Below are positions 1 to 9,690 of a stretch of DNA of 59,719 bases, piece by piece. How positions within the stretch are numbered: position 1 is the first letter of the stretch; each line of letters opens with the position of its first letter. The notes under the pieces were generated by a model that did not search any database, was not told the origin of the DNA, and saw only the letters and a list, made by a program, of their open reading frames with translations. The translations under genes were made by a program, and so were the position numbers. The stretch comes from a bacterium. GTDB lineage: Bacteria; Vulcanimicrobiota; Vulcanimicrobiia; Vulcanimicrobiales; SCRA01. The stretch lies in contig SCQY01000254.1 of assembly GCA_004298665.1 (NCBI GenBank), positions 1 to 59,719 on the forward strand. The letters run 5' to 3'.

Positions 1-147
1 CGTCATCTTTTTGATTGCACTTAGCCAAGAGATGCCCCAGAGCTGCGCACGACAGAGTGGTTCGGTCTTGCCAGCGGTAGGTTGCGGGCGTCGGTGTCGG
101 TGTCGGCAAAACACAGTTATACGAGCAACCGGCCGATCGGCAACTAA

Positions 148-177
148 AGAGGGGCCCTGCTAGGCAGGGCCCCCTCT
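148..177 (-). terminator. Intrinsic terminator of the lipoprotein gene
   Basis: Near-perfect hairpin AGAGGGGCCCTGC-TAG-GCAGGGCCCCCTCT followed by TTTAGTT on the minus strand, just downstream of the stop at 196. Confidence 0.7.
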
Positions 178-195
178 GACTAGCACCTGGTACCG

Positions 196-1083
196 CTACG
201 GGTAGATCACCGGCGAGCCACCGCTGGCCGGGCCGTAGACCCCCGCGTTCGACGTAGACAAGCCGACGAAGGCGTAGTTGGCGCCAGCCAACTGCGCAGG
301 CAACGGATTCACGACGCCCACACACCCGGTCCCCGTATGATAGTCACCGCCCTGCATCGCGCCTACGCCCTGATAGACGGTCACAGGATCGGACGTCGGG
401 TTGGCGGCATTGTAGGCATTGTAGACCCGCACCGCCGCCAGCGCCGCGCTATCGACCGGCGGCGGCGAAAGCCCAGCTTGCTTCCGGTCGAACTCGAAGT
501 CTTGAGCGCACACCACCTCGTTATCGGTCAACCGGAGCACTTGGTCGATACCTAACCCGTTGCTCCCGCTCGCGAGTGCGATCTTCTCGTGCAGCGAGGC
601 GTGGGTGCTGGTGTACGCCCCCATGCCGCCGTTGGCCGGATCGGGAACCTGGCCAATCAACGCCGTCGTGTCGTACAGTACAGCGGAGTCCTGCGGAAAC
701 ACCGAGAGCAGGTACGTCCCTGCCGGCACGTTGCTGAACGAGTACGCCCCGCTAGCGTTGGTCGTCGTCGTCGCGACGGCGGGCGCCATCGTCGGCTCCG
801 GCTGGCCTGAGGGTGGCGGCGTCTGGAACGGTGTCAGCGCGACGGAAGCACCGGAGATCGGCGTTCCCGAATCGTCGGTGATCGTACCCGAGGCGCTCGC
901 TGGCGCCGGCGCCGGCGTCTGCGTTTGCAGCGGGATCGGGGTCGGCGTTCCGACCGGGGGAATCGTCGGGGATCCGGCGCCACCACCTCCACCACCGCAG
1001 GCGGTGAGGATCGCGATGAAGAGGACGGCGCCCGCACCGAACGCGACGTCAGCCTTAGGGATCTTCTCGTAGTTGCTGCTCAT
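196..1083 (-). CDS. Lipoprotein with carboxypeptidase-regulatory-like (beta-sandwich) domain
   Basis: Hydrophobic leader with lipobox LTA-C, poly-Gly, Pro/Thr linker, then SGTITDDSGTPISGASV...TTTNASGAYSFSNVPAGTYLLSV. Start placed at ATG 1083. Confidence 0.7.
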   Translation of the reverse strand: MSSNYEKIPKADVAFGAGAVLFIAILTACGGGGGGAGSPTIPPVGTPTPIPLQTQTPAPAPASASGTITDDSGTPISGASVALTPFQTPPPSGQPEPTMAPAVATTTTNASGAYSFSNVPAGTYLLSVFPQDSAVLYDTTALIGQVPDPANGGMGAYTSTHASLHEKIALASGSNGLGIDQVLRLTDNEVVCAQDFEFDRKQAGLSPPPVDSAALAAVRVYNAYNAANPTSDPVTVYQGVGAMQGGDYHTGTGCVGVVNPLPAQLAGANYAFVGLSTSNAGVYGPASGGSPVIYP

Positions 1084-1399
1084 TCGTTCCGATCTCTCGC
1101 CGCATCGGCGAGCCCTTCTCCATAAATTGTAACACGCGCTTCTCGCTGCACTTCTCGCTGTGATTCCCATTCTTACACCGCCTACGCCATGGTGCGCGGC
1201 GAGGGAACAGGCTCTGTGACCGCCCGGTCCAGTCTACGACGACTCCTTCAGGCGAAACCGTATCACCACGGTGTGCCAGATGGCTGGCGCACTGGCCCAC
1301 GGGCCTTCGAGGTGTTGCTACCCACCGTCGATTGCCAGGCGCGTACCAACAGCCCGCAACGGTGGTAGTGCCCTACCAAGGTATGCCCCCTCGCGGTCG

Positions 1400-1735
1400 C
1401 TACCGAATCGTGGCAGTCGCGTGCCCGAATAAGGGCGCTACCAACGCATGCATCGTGAGATTGAGCGTGACCGCACCTACGAGCAACGCTCCGAGCAGCG
1501 CGACAAAGCGCAAGTCAGACCGAACGCGTGCGGGATTGGTCCGCCAGCGCTCGAACGAAGCTCGGATCCGCGGCCAGCCGAAGTACCAACCCGCCACTAC
1601 CGCTGCCAGCGTCCCCAGCGCGAGGAATGCCAGTCCCCGCGCCGCCTCGCCGACGTCGGTCATCACCTCTGGGGCGTGCAGCTGATCACGAGAGCAAAAG
1701 CACGCGACCCCGCTTCCGCAGTTCCTACAGCGCAT
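1400..1735 (-). CDS. Small membrane protein, hypothetical
   Basis: Two hydrophobic segments; start uncertain. Confidence 0.4.
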   Translation of the reverse strand: MRCRNCGSGVACFCSRDQLHAPEVMTDVGEAARGLAFLALGTLAAVVAGWYFGWPRIRASFERWRTNPARVRSDLRFVALLGALLVGAVTLNLTMHALVAPLFGHATATIR

Positions 1736-1864
1736 TCACTCCTCCAATCTCTCTTCGTCGGTGCGGCGCGGCCACCGCGGCGTTCCCACTTCTGTTGTAG
1801 CAGGCTGCCATACCATGTGGCAAGAGACACGCCGAGGATCCATTGCCAGCGGGAAGCCCGCTGG

Positions 1865-2749
1865 CTAGAGACGCAACCGCAGAGGCGGCTCAGGCGGAAG
1901 GAGCATACCTTCCCCCGAGAACGCAACTGTGGTCCCTATTCTCGGCGTATCCAAGCCTCGGCGGTCCCCAACGCAAAAGCCGGCAGCGACCGTCGAAATC
2001 GCGACGAACGCTGCGCCTATAGCGATGAGCTGGCCGCGGCCGCCGGGCACCGGAGCGACCTCCTGGGCGGCGAAGCCCAGGGCGTCGCGCGCTTGTCGCG
2101 CGACCAGCTCCCGGTCACGGAGGAGCAATCCGGGGAGCGCTGGCCCCAAAGCGCGACTCGCCCATTCCGGGATGGCTCCCGCAATATAGGTCAGCCGCCC
2201 GTCGCTGGTTTCAAGTATTTGCTCGAAAGCGAGCGCTCCATCGGGCCCCATGAGCGGGGGGGCAGCGTTGTCAACGAGGACAGCACGATCAGCGAGCTCA
2301 AGAGCGCGCGGTAAACGCGCCATACTGGCGTGGTACTTCCGCTCGATGACGTCTCGGGGGATGTCATGCAACCCGAGGGCCACGCGCTCCTCGACGCGCT
2401 CAACATGACGCTGCGGTTCGCCGACGCCCAGGAAGAATAGCTCCACTCGATACCCGAGGTCTTTCGCCTCCTCCATCATCCGCAAGTACGTGGATGGAGT
2501 CGCGAGATTGCTCCCCGCGAGAGTTGTCTCGATACAGAAGCTTTCGCGGCGGGCAAGGTGGCCACGAGCGCGCCGATTTCCTTCCGCCCAGGCGTCAGCC
2601 GCGCTAAGGTGACCCGCGCGGCCGATTTCGTCGGCGTCAATCACGGGCATCACGACGCGTAGGCCGGAACCCTCAGTGAAGGTGCTCTTTCCAGCACCGT
2701 TGGGCCCCGCGACAACGATGAAGCGGAGTGTGTACGGAGATCGGCTCAA
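1865..2749 (-). CDS. Zeta-toxin-like P-loop ATPase/kinase (COG4185 type) with C-terminal extension, possibly KfrB-like
   Basis: VVAGPNGAGKST Walker A, IDADEI, ETTLAG, RVEERVALGLHDIP, DN motif. Confidence 0.8.
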   Translation of the reverse strand: MSRSPYTLRFIVVAGPNGAGKSTFTEGSGLRVVMPVIDADEIGRAGHLSAADAWAEGNRRARGHLARRESFCIETTLAGSNLATPSTYLRMMEEAKDLGYRVELFFLGVGEPQRHVERVEERVALGLHDIPRDVIERKYHASMARLPRALELADRAVLVDNAAPPLMGPDGALAFEQILETSDGRLTYIAGAIPEWASRALGPALPGLLLRDRELVARQARDALGFAAQEVAPVPGGRGQLIAIGAAFVAISTVAAGFCVGDRRGLDTPRIGTTVAFSGEGMLLPPEPPLRLRL

Positions 2750-2755
2750 GGTTGG

Positions 2756-3043
2756 TTAGCTGATGCGCCGGATCAGGGGGCGGCCCTGCGAAGCGACTTC
2801 CCGGATACGCTCGATCGCACCGTTCGACTCGCGGACCTCGAAGGTCCGACCATCGGGCGCCAATTCGAAGAGTCGGCCCGTATTCTCGCCGCGGCCCTCA
2901 TAGCGGATAGCTCGGCCAAGAGCGAGGGTCTTCTTGACGCGCTCGGCCGCCAGGGCCCGAGCTCCGCGCAATAGCGGTTCTACATCCGACGACGGTCCGA
3001 CTTGGAGCGGCTGTTTGACCGGGACGGCTTGAGCCTGCTTCAT
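2756..3043 (-). CDS. Small protein upstream of zeta-like ATPase, putative antitoxin
   Basis: Directly upstream of the ATPase; TATACT-6nt-ATG leaderless start at 3043; similar to 57079..57297. Confidence 0.55.
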   Translation of the reverse strand: MKQAQAVPVKQPLQVGPSSDVEPLLRGARALAAERVKKTLALGRAIRYEGRGENTGRLFELAPDGRTFEVRESNGAIERIREVASQGRPLIRRIS

Positions 3044-3169
3044 GGCTTTAGTATACACCTCCGGAATCGGCCTGGCTACGTTGTATTCGGCGGCGTTGCT
3101 GGAGGCCCAAACCAAGAGCAGGCAAGCGCGCTATTGCATGACATGCCAATCCTGGCATATCATGGGGCT

Positions 3170-3793
3170 ATGGCGGCCCGATCCTTGCCTAATCGGCCTT
3201 CTTCCCCCCTCTCAATGGCGGGCTTCGAGCTGTTGAGTCCGACCGAGCGGGCGGTTGTCCGAGCCTTGCTCGCGCGCGGCGGGGAATGCTCCGACGGCTA
3301 CGGTCCACTTGCGGCAGCGCTCGGCGCGGGATGGCGGTCGGTCGCCCGAGCGTCGGCTCACCTCAAAGTGCGAGGTTGGTGCACGTTCAAGCGCCGCGGC
3401 GCTGGGAAGCCAGGGCGACTGCGACTCTCTGACGAGGCGCGCCACCTTCTGGCGTCGAGTTCAAATCAGCCTGAGGTTGCTGCCGCCACGCCGATTGTAC
3501 CGTCCCGCTTCATTGGGGATCCGAGGGCACTGGAGGTGGCGCGCATCCGGGCCCGGATTGGCACGGCCATTGTGACGGCCCATGACGTCGCTCGCTACTA
3601 CTTGGAGAGCGCTTCGCCGGATGAGCTCGCCCGTCTCGACGCACTCCGCGACGAACAGGGCGGCTTGCCGATCGACGTCGTGCCGACGGGTGAGCCCCAG
3701 CTCGACGAAGGTATCCGGGTCATCTTCGAGGACCAGGCGCACTTCCGTGCGCGCCGCGCGGCTGAGCGCCGGGCCTTCGGCTGGGACGCATGA
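3170..3793 (+). CDS. Winged-HTH-like hypothetical protein
   Basis: LSPTERAVVRALL...LAAALGAGWRSVARASAHLKVRGWCTF; TATCAT-6nt-ATG start at 3170. Confidence 0.5.
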   Translation: MAARSLPNRPSSPLSMAGFELLSPTERAVVRALLARGGECSDGYGPLAAALGAGWRSVARASAHLKVRGWCTFKRRGAGKPGRLRLSDEARHLLASSSNQPEVAAATPIVPSRFIGDPRALEVARIRARIGTAIVTAHDVARYYLESASPDELARLDALRDEQGGLPIDVVPTGEPQLDEGIRVIFEDQAHFRARRAAERRAFGWDA

Positions 3794-3843
3794 TGGCGAC
3801 CGACGCTGCGTCTTCTCACCTACATACCGCAAGACAACGCCCT

Positions 3844-3987
3844 ACGTAGTGTGGTACTATTATAGAACGTAGTGCGGGACACGCCATCACTTGCGGCTAT
3901 TGAGATCAAACGAGGCATGGGAACCGCGTTTTACGCTAGCGCGTAGTACCACAGAGTGAAGGAACATCGGAACGTAGTGTGGTAGTA
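3844..3987. repeat. Repeats upstream of parA, candidate centromere/operator
   Basis: ACGTAGTGTGGTA at 3844 and 3972, ACGTAGTG at 3867, inverted TGTGGTACTA at 3944-3953. Confidence 0.55.
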
Positions 3988-4058
3988 CGCTGTACATGGC
4001 GGCGCCGAGCGCGCGCGTCGCCGTAACTGTAACACAATCACGCTGAGGTACTATCACA

Positions 4059-4919
4059 GTGCCATATGTCGTAGCGGTCTACTTAGAGAAGGGCGGGTCG
4101 ACGAAGACGACCACCACCGTCCACCTTGCCCATGCGTTCGCCCGAAAAGGACTGCGTTCGCTGATCGTCGACATCGACGCTCAGCGGCACGCTTCCCAGT
4201 GGCTTTTCCCTGGCGATCCACCAAGCCTTACAATCAACGAGGTCGTTCGCAAGCCAGAGATGGTGGCAGACGCCGTTGTCCCCTCCCGGATCCACGGCGT
4301 GGATCTACTCTACGGGTCGCGCGTCTTGCCGATGACCGCGGAGAGCGTCCTGAAGATCAGCGACGATGGTACCCCACGCAACCAAGTCTCCGTGCTCCAG
4401 AACGTCCTTGCCGGGCTCGACGGCCGTCACCAGCTCGTCTGGATCGACTGCTCGCCCAGCGTCGGCCTGCTGAATGCGAACGCCTTAGTCGCGGCAGACC
4501 ACGTTCTCGTACCGATGGACCTCGCGGATATGAGCTTCCAGGGTCTCGAGGACGTCGCCAAGACGCTCACCCAAATGCGGCGGAACGGCCTGATCTCGAG
4601 CATCCCCGACATCACCTTACTGCTCACTCAGACCGAGAGTGAGGAGTCCAAGACCACGGACGAAATTCGTCGCAAGATCGTCGGGGATACCGAGCACCCG
4701 CGTCCATATCGCGTTCTCAATCAGACGATCCGGGCGCGGCGCCAAATGCGAGGAATCTACCACACGCACATGACCGCTTTTGACCTTGCTGAGACAGGCG
4801 GCTTCAAGTACTCGCATTTACGAGCCGTCGCCGACGACTATGCGGCTGCCGGAGCGGAGTTCGCGTCCATCGTTGCGGCGGCGATCGCGAAGCAGAAGTC
4901 TGCCACGGAGGGCATCTAG
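4059..4919 (+). CDS. parA: ParA-family partition ATPase (short type, no N-terminal HTH)
   Basis: EKGGSTKTTT deviant Walker A, LIVDIDAQ, WIDCSPSVGLL..NALVAADHVLVP. Confidence 0.92.
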   Translation: MPYVVAVYLEKGGSTKTTTTVHLAHAFARKGLRSLIVDIDAQRHASQWLFPGDPPSLTINEVVRKPEMVADAVVPSRIHGVDLLYGSRVLPMTAESVLKISDDGTPRNQVSVLQNVLAGLDGRHQLVWIDCSPSVGLLNANALVAADHVLVPMDLADMSFQGLEDVAKTLTQMRRNGLISSIPDITLLLTQTESEESKTTDEIRRKIVGDTEHPRPYRVLNQTIRARRQMRGIYHTHMTAFDLAETGGFKYSHLRAVADDYAAAGAEFASIVAAAIAKQKSATEGI

Positions 4920-4920
4920 C

Positions 4921-5337
4921 ATGGCCAACGACGACCCGTTCAGTCAGCTCAAGGCGGTACAGGCGGAAGATGCTCACACTCGTAGGCCAACTCCGTCCGT
5001 CCAGACGACGTCGCGCGAGCGAACGGAGCAAGTGGCCACTGAAGTGCCCAACGCCATGACCCCGAGCACCCGGCACGAGGGCGTGGAACCGGCCAAAGGC
5101 TATGAGGAGGAGAAGGAGCCCCGCAAGGCCGCGGGCCGTGAGATCCAGCTCGCCGCGTATCTCGATGAGGAGCTGGATGCCTTCGTCGATGATTATACCG
5201 GCCGTCGCATCGAAGGTAGCCGGCGCAAACCGAGCCGCTCTCTCGTCGGGTACTGGATGTTGACGATCGCGATGAACGTGCTCAAGGCACAGGGACTGCC
5301 CACCATGCCGCGAGAGCTGCTCCGGCGTCGGCGCTGA
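4921..5337 (+). CDS. Small ParA partner (type Ib ParB-like centromere-binding protein)
   Basis: Starts 1 nt after the parA stop; disordered N-terminus, compact C-terminal helical/RHH-like part. Confidence 0.55.
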   Translation: MANDDPFSQLKAVQAEDAHTRRPTPSVQTTSRERTEQVATEVPNAMTPSTRHEGVEPAKGYEEEKEPRKAAGREIQLAAYLDEELDAFVDDYTGRRIEGSRRKPSRSLVGYWMLTIAMNVLKAQGLPTMPRELLRRRR

Positions 5338-6519
5338 TTAACCCACTGCTTGTTCTTGGCGCAGAGCGATCTCGAGTGGCACGTCGACGCCGAATGCAAT
5401 GCGCGCTGCTTCAAGGAGCTGTTCGCGAATGCGCGACAAAGCCATGTCGCGGGCGAAGCCGTTGGGCGCAAGAAGTACCACCCCGCCTACGCCCCACCGT
5501 GTCGGCGTGAGTGGTTGCGCCAGACCGTAAAACGCTGGGTCTGAGAGGCGCGATCGCAAGGCCTCAGTGAACGCCATCCACGTTGGTTCCGCGAGGAATG
5601 GATGTTCTTCGCGGCGGCGCTCCGCCACCGGCATTTCAATTGTTGGCTGCGCGGCCTCCGGTGGCGCGACCTTGATCCGCCGTGCCTGCAGCTGGTCGCG
5701 CGCCGCATCGGGTAGATTCGGATGCCGCAGCGGCTGCCGAGAGGGAGCGACGTCTTCGCCGTCAGCAGCGGCCAAGAGCCACTTACCTGGATGCTGGATA
5801 TCGCTGCGATCGGCGATCTCAAGGAGCTTCGACTCGAGCCACGCCACGCCACGCCTACGCAAGATCTTTGTCACCGCGGCCGTTGTCAGCCCGAAGCGTT
5901 CAGCTTGCGCGATCAAGGCTGGCGGCGTCGTACTCTTGAGGATTGATCCGGGCTGCTGCTGCTTTGAAGAAGTATTGCTTAGAGTATTGCTAGGGCTATC
6001 ACCGATGACAGGGGACCCCTGTCGCTCATGATAGGTGCCCCCTATCACCGATGATAGGGGTGTGGCGATGGGAGCGCTATCATCGGTGATAGGGGTCCCA
6101 TCCGTGAGGCGGTCGTCACCTCTATCATGGGTGATAGGGGTCTTGACGGCAGTTTGGACGGTACCCCTGTCACGGGTGATAGGGGTAGTTGAATCCTCGG
6201 CCTCGTCTTGGCAATCGATTCGTCCACCGACTCCGAGCAATATCTGATACACGAGACCTCGGCCGACGCCGGCGGCGAACGATCGGATCCACTGAAGTTG
6301 CTCAAGATGGCGAAGATGGCGGCGCACGGTCTGGTCCGAGCAGCCGACGGCGCGAGCGAGTGTGGTCATGGACACGCGAACCGGCGAGTCGCCATACTGA
6401 AAGGACTTCAGGGCGAAGAAAGTCAGACGGATCTCGCCGGGTACGCTGGCGTCTCGGATAGCCGCATTGGGGACCATCGTAAAGCCGCGTCCTGCAGGCT
6501 CCCCATGCTGCCTAGCCAC
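5338..6519 (-). CDS. Replication initiator: N-terminal HTH, C-terminal DnaA domain-I-like fold
   Basis: FTMVPN...SMTTLARAVGCSDQTVRRHLRHLEQLQWI (HTH_36-like); C-terminal WMAFTEALRSRLS...LLAPNGFARD...REQLLEAA resembles DnaA_N; internal iterons. Confidence 0.75.
   Translation of the reverse strand: MARQHGEPAGRGFTMVPNAAIRDASVPGEIRLTFFALKSFQYGDSPVRVSMTTLARAVGCSDQTVRRHLRHLEQLQWIRSFAAGVGRGLVYQILLGVGGRIDCQDEAEDSTTPITRDRGTVQTAVKTPITHDRGDDRLTDGTPITDDSAPIATPLSSVIGGTYHERQGSPVIGDSPSNTLSNTSSKQQQPGSILKSTTPPALIAQAERFGLTTAAVTKILRRRGVAWLESKLLEIADRSDIQHPGKWLLAAADGEDVAPSRQPLRHPNLPDAARDQLQARRIKVAPPEAAQPTIEMPVAERRREEHPFLAEPTWMAFTEALRSRLSDPAFYGLAQPLTPTRWGVGGVVLLAPNGFARDMALSRIREQLLEAARIAFGVDVPLEIALRQEQAVG
5996..6182. 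repeat. Six palindromic iterons inside rep, putative origin
   Basis: CT(A/G)TC(A/G)-N4-TGA(T/C)AG at 5996, 6019, 6042, 6077, 6122, 6167; AGTATTGCT direct repeat at about 5971-5991 next to it. Confidence 0.8.
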
Positions 6520-6755
6520 GGGCTAGAGCCCATGGAAGGCCCGGCCTATCGGGCCGAGGTAGGTTCATCGCGATCTCCTCACACCCAATCAGGTGTGCTG
6601 AAGTAGCAGGATGTCCCACGCCGACCCCGAAAAGGACATGCGTGGGTGTGTGATCCTGGTGCTGGTACCACCCAGACCAAATCGCCTCACCGGGCCTCGT
6701 GACGACCGCCAAATCCTCGACGAGCCCCAGATGAAAATCAAACCCTTCCAGTATC

Positions 6756-6790
6756 CCGCCGGCGTTCCACCGCCGGCGGTTCTACTTTCT
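6756..6790 (+). terminator. Plus-strand hairpin with T-rich tail upstream of rep
   Basis: CCGCCGGCG-TTCCAC-CGCCGGCGG then TTCTACTTTCT; no convincing plus-strand gene feeds it. Confidence 0.5.
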
Positions 6791-6844
6791 GGGCGACGCT
6801 ATCATCGTCGCATCGCGTACTCTCCTAACATCGCTGGCACGTGA

Positions 6845-7129
6845 TTAGCTCGCGGCCTCATGGGGACGCGAGTCCGATGGATCTAGGAAACGCCGGATGA
6901 GCCGCCTCCCAGAGGGGCCCGTCACGCGGTTCACCTCCAGGAAGCCAGCCGTGGTAAGCTCGCGTTCCAGCCGGTAGATAGACGTCATCGAGAGCCCCAG
7001 GCTCCTTGCCGCCTCCTCGTACTCGATCTGCGGGTTTTCTCGGATCAGCGCGTAGTAAGCGATTGCCTTACCCTGCGACGGCAGCAAATTCGCCCGGAGG
7101 AGTGCGCGCGGCAGTTGAATGACGTCCAT
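6845..7129 (-). CDS. Small HTH DNA-binding protein
   Basis: ENPQIEYEEAARSLGLSMTSIYRLERELTTAGFL; start placed at ATG 7129. Confidence 0.6.
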   Translation of the reverse strand: MDVIQLPRALLRANLLPSQGKAIAYYALIRENPQIEYEEAARSLGLSMTSIYRLERELTTAGFLEVNRVTGPSGRRLIRRFLDPSDSRPHEAAS

Positions 7130-7298
7130 CGAGAGTGCTCCCCGACAATTGTGCCAGCGGTTGCCACAGACTTCGACCACTACATCTTGTGTCCTCTCAC
7201 CGTGGCTAGTGGCATCCCTTGAGGTTGCTGGGTGAGAATAACAAGCGTAACAGGGGTGACCCGAACTGGCGCTCGCTGGGTAAAGAGGCGATGGCCGA

Positions 7299-7916
7299 TC
7301 ATTTGATGTTGCCTGATGCTGTTCCTGCACTGCTTCCGTTGTGCCTGCCAAGAGAACACCTCTGTCGCCATTGCAGGGAAGGGAGGGGAGCTCCAACGCG
7401 GAGTGCACGTGCCCGAATCGCTTCCCCTCGGACCGGGCCCCAGTACCTAGAATCCCAACTCAAGCGGTCCGCACCGGTTAGCCAATACTCACGCGGGCCC
7501 AAGTGCGTGGTGAGGCCGCCATTCCATCGCGGTAGGGGCCTCCGGTGCGGGTCGCGCGCAGCGGGGCGCGAGGCAGCGAGGAGACGTCCATCTATGCAGA
7601 CGCCTTGACGCGTGACACTCACTCGCGCTCCTGAAACGGCGCCGAGCAACTTGACGACTTCGCCGGCGCCGCCAGGACACGATCCGGGGCCAATGTACGC
7701 GCGAGCGCGAGCGATCCTCGCAGCTGGTTCCGGGATGCACGCTATGACAGCATCGCCTGTGGCGAGATTCTGCGAAGGAAGCAGGAGGTACCATCCGATG
7801 GGCATGCTGGCGGTCGTGTTGTATCCGATACCGATACCGGCGATGCGCGCGGCGGCTAGCACAAAAAGAGCCGCGACGAATGAAACGCCGAGCAGCCTAC
7901 GTCGCGATTGCATCAA
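7299..7916 (-). CDS. traF: Conjugative transfer peptidase, S26/TraF family
   Basis: Signal anchor, YNTTASMPIGWY, GSCPGG..VVK, SWDSRYWGPV. Confidence 0.85.
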   Translation of the reverse strand: MMQSRRRLLGVSFVAALFVLAAARIAGIGIGYNTTASMPIGWYLLLPSQNLATGDAVIACIPEPAARIARARAYIGPGSCPGGAGEVVKLLGAVSGARVSVTRQGVCIDGRLLAASRPAARDPHRRPLPRWNGGLTTHLGPREYWLTGADRLSWDSRYWGPVRGEAIRARALRVGAPLPSLQWRQRCSLGRHNGSSAGTASGNIK

Positions 7917-9246
7917 GAGAACTCGCGTCTATGTTGGGAGTGGCTGGCGCCAAGCCAAGTAGCAGCTCAAGGCGCGGGCGGCGACGGAGGGATGCCAAGT
8001 GCTCGAGCGCTGCGAGGTCTCCAGCCTTCGCTTCGTTAACGAGCCACGCTCGCCACGAGGGCGGCTTTGGATATCCAGCGAGGGTGCGTTTGAGAGCCGC
8101 TCGTTCACTAGCGATCTGCTCGATCAAAGCGTCCACATCGGCCTGCCGCTGGAGGAGTACAGCCGCGCGCGCAGCTTGTCGGAGGCCTGGGTCGACCGTC
8201 GTCCTCACGATCTTCAGGCGGGCACTCGCCATGGCCTTAATCGCGCGCCGCCGCTCCCGCTCGGAGGACCGTTGTATCCGCCAACGGTGGGTCGGTGATC
8301 CGCCAGCGGATGCGGTGATATCGGCGCACTCCATCGCGTAGCGCAGGCGTAGCTCCGCAGGACCGCGTGCAGGAGGCGCCATCGCCACGGTGCGCCGGTA
8401 GGAGCGTGCGACGTCTATCCGGATGTCATCCTTCGGGGGCTCGTAAGGGCCGAGCCTCGCCACCAGTTTCGGGAGGCTCGCGAACCGCGCCATGTGCGAG
8501 GCGCGCCCCCGGAATCGCTCATCCTCGACGTCGACAAGGACGCCTCCGCGAGCCACTTGTTCGTAACGAACTCCGTACTCACCGAGAAGCGAATGAAGGT
8601 CCTGCCAGGTGGCGTCCGGGCGTGAAATGACCTCTAAGGCCCGCAGTCGGATCGCCGTCCCGAGCCACTCCTGAAAGCTGGGGCGCCCCTGCCATTGGCG
8701 TGCGGTCGCTCGTGGCGACAAGCGCGCTGGAAGCAACTCTCGACGCGCGTACGTCTGTCCGCCGATCTTGAGCGACTCGAGGGTCTCGGCGCTCGGGGAC
8801 CTCCACCCGAAGGCGTCGTCCAGCGTGGCCGCGAGGTGCTGCAGACGCAAGGCGCTCCAAGGCAGATTTGCCGTGCGAAACGTTGTCGGGTGGATCCGGT
8901 TGACGACGATGTGTGCGTGGCTGTGAAGGCCGTCCCGGTGTGAAACGGCGACCCACTGATGGTCGCCCAACCCAAGTTCGTCGAGGGCTCGTCTTGCGGC
9001 CATTTGCATTTGCATGGCGGTCGGCGCGTCCTCTGGTGACCAAGACAGGACGATATGGCATGTCGGGTCTGTGACCCGTGGATTCTTTGCCGCGGTGACG
9101 CGCATTTCGCTCGCGGCCGTTCGGAGCGACCGTAGGGCGTCTGACGCCATGACCCATGCGAGCTTCTCGTCTTGGGAAAGGTACTGGAGCATCCGCCCGA
9201 AGGCATTTCCCTTCCCACTTCTTTGAGCGACGATCTTTGCGATCAA
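7897..9246 (-). CDS. MOBP-family relaxase (RP4 TraI-like)
   Basis: TTG start after GGAG gives MIAKIV...LQYL; HIVLSW motif II; HRDGLHSHAHIVVNRIHP HUH motif III. Confidence 0.88.
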   Translation of the reverse strand: MIAKIVAQRSGKGNAFGRMLQYLSQDEKLAWVMASDALRSLRTAASEMRVTAAKNPRVTDPTCHIVLSWSPEDAPTAMQMQMAARRALDELGLGDHQWVAVSHRDGLHSHAHIVVNRIHPTTFRTANLPWSALRLQHLAATLDDAFGWRSPSAETLESLKIGGQTYARRELLPARLSPRATARQWQGRPSFQEWLGTAIRLRALEVISRPDATWQDLHSLLGEYGVRYEQVARGGVLVDVEDERFRGRASHMARFASLPKLVARLGPYEPPKDDIRIDVARSYRRTVAMAPPARGPAELRLRYAMECADITASAGGSPTHRWRIQRSSERERRRAIKAMASARLKIVRTTVDPGLRQAARAAVLLQRQADVDALIEQIASERAALKRTLAGYPKPPSWRAWLVNEAKAGDLAALEHLASLRRRPRLELLLGLAPATPNIDASSLDAIAT

Positions 9247-9250
9247 CGAC

Positions 9251-9481
9251 TTACTCCAGATGCGCGATGGCGTCTTCAACCGCCCCGCGCGCCTCGTCGG
9301 CATCCGGGAAGTCGCGCTGCAATAGGTCGAGGACGCGCAGCAAGGCGTCGGCGGCAATGGTGCGCCCATCGACGCGAATCGTGCGCTGGCTGAGCCGCTG
9401 CCGGACGTATTCCGCGAACGTGAGGTGGCACTCGGCCGCGATCGCGCGATAGGCGGTGAGCTCTGTATGGCTTACCCGCAC
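9251..9481 (-). CDS. mobC: MobC/TraJ-like ribbon-helix-helix relaxosome protein
   Basis: VRVSHTELTAYRAIAAECHLTFAEYVRQRL; directly upstream of the relaxase; start uncertain. Confidence 0.7.
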   Translation of the reverse strand: MRVSHTELTAYRAIAAECHLTFAEYVRQRLSQRTIRVDGRTIAADALLRVLDLLQRDFPDADEARGAVEDAIAHLE

Positions 9482-9489
9482 ACCCGGTA

Positions 9490-9690
9490 GCCAGGCGGAC
9501 CGATCGAGCCCCGTGTGTTCAGGGGATGTGCCCACAAAGCACCCCTTGTCAGCAGTTAGCCAGGAACATATACAGGAATCGCTTCGGGCATACGGGCTCA
9601 AGTCCTGTTCGTCAAGGCACACTCAACCGAGGGAGAATATCGTCGGGCACCGTAATAGGAAGCAGAAACGTGTCACGAGAGGAGAAGTAG
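9490..9690. other. Candidate oriT region
   Basis: Intergenic gap between divergent mobC and traK-like genes, the position of oriT in RP4; imperfect AGGGG...CCCCT inverted repeat near 9521-9546; nic site not identified with confidence. Confidence 0.5.

Noticed and set aside
5996-6182. Repeats in rep as a mini CRISPR array or protein-level repeat only
   Set aside because: Gaps between units are 7-29 bp and lie within an ORF. The DNA palindromy is better conserved than the peptide, which favours iterons.
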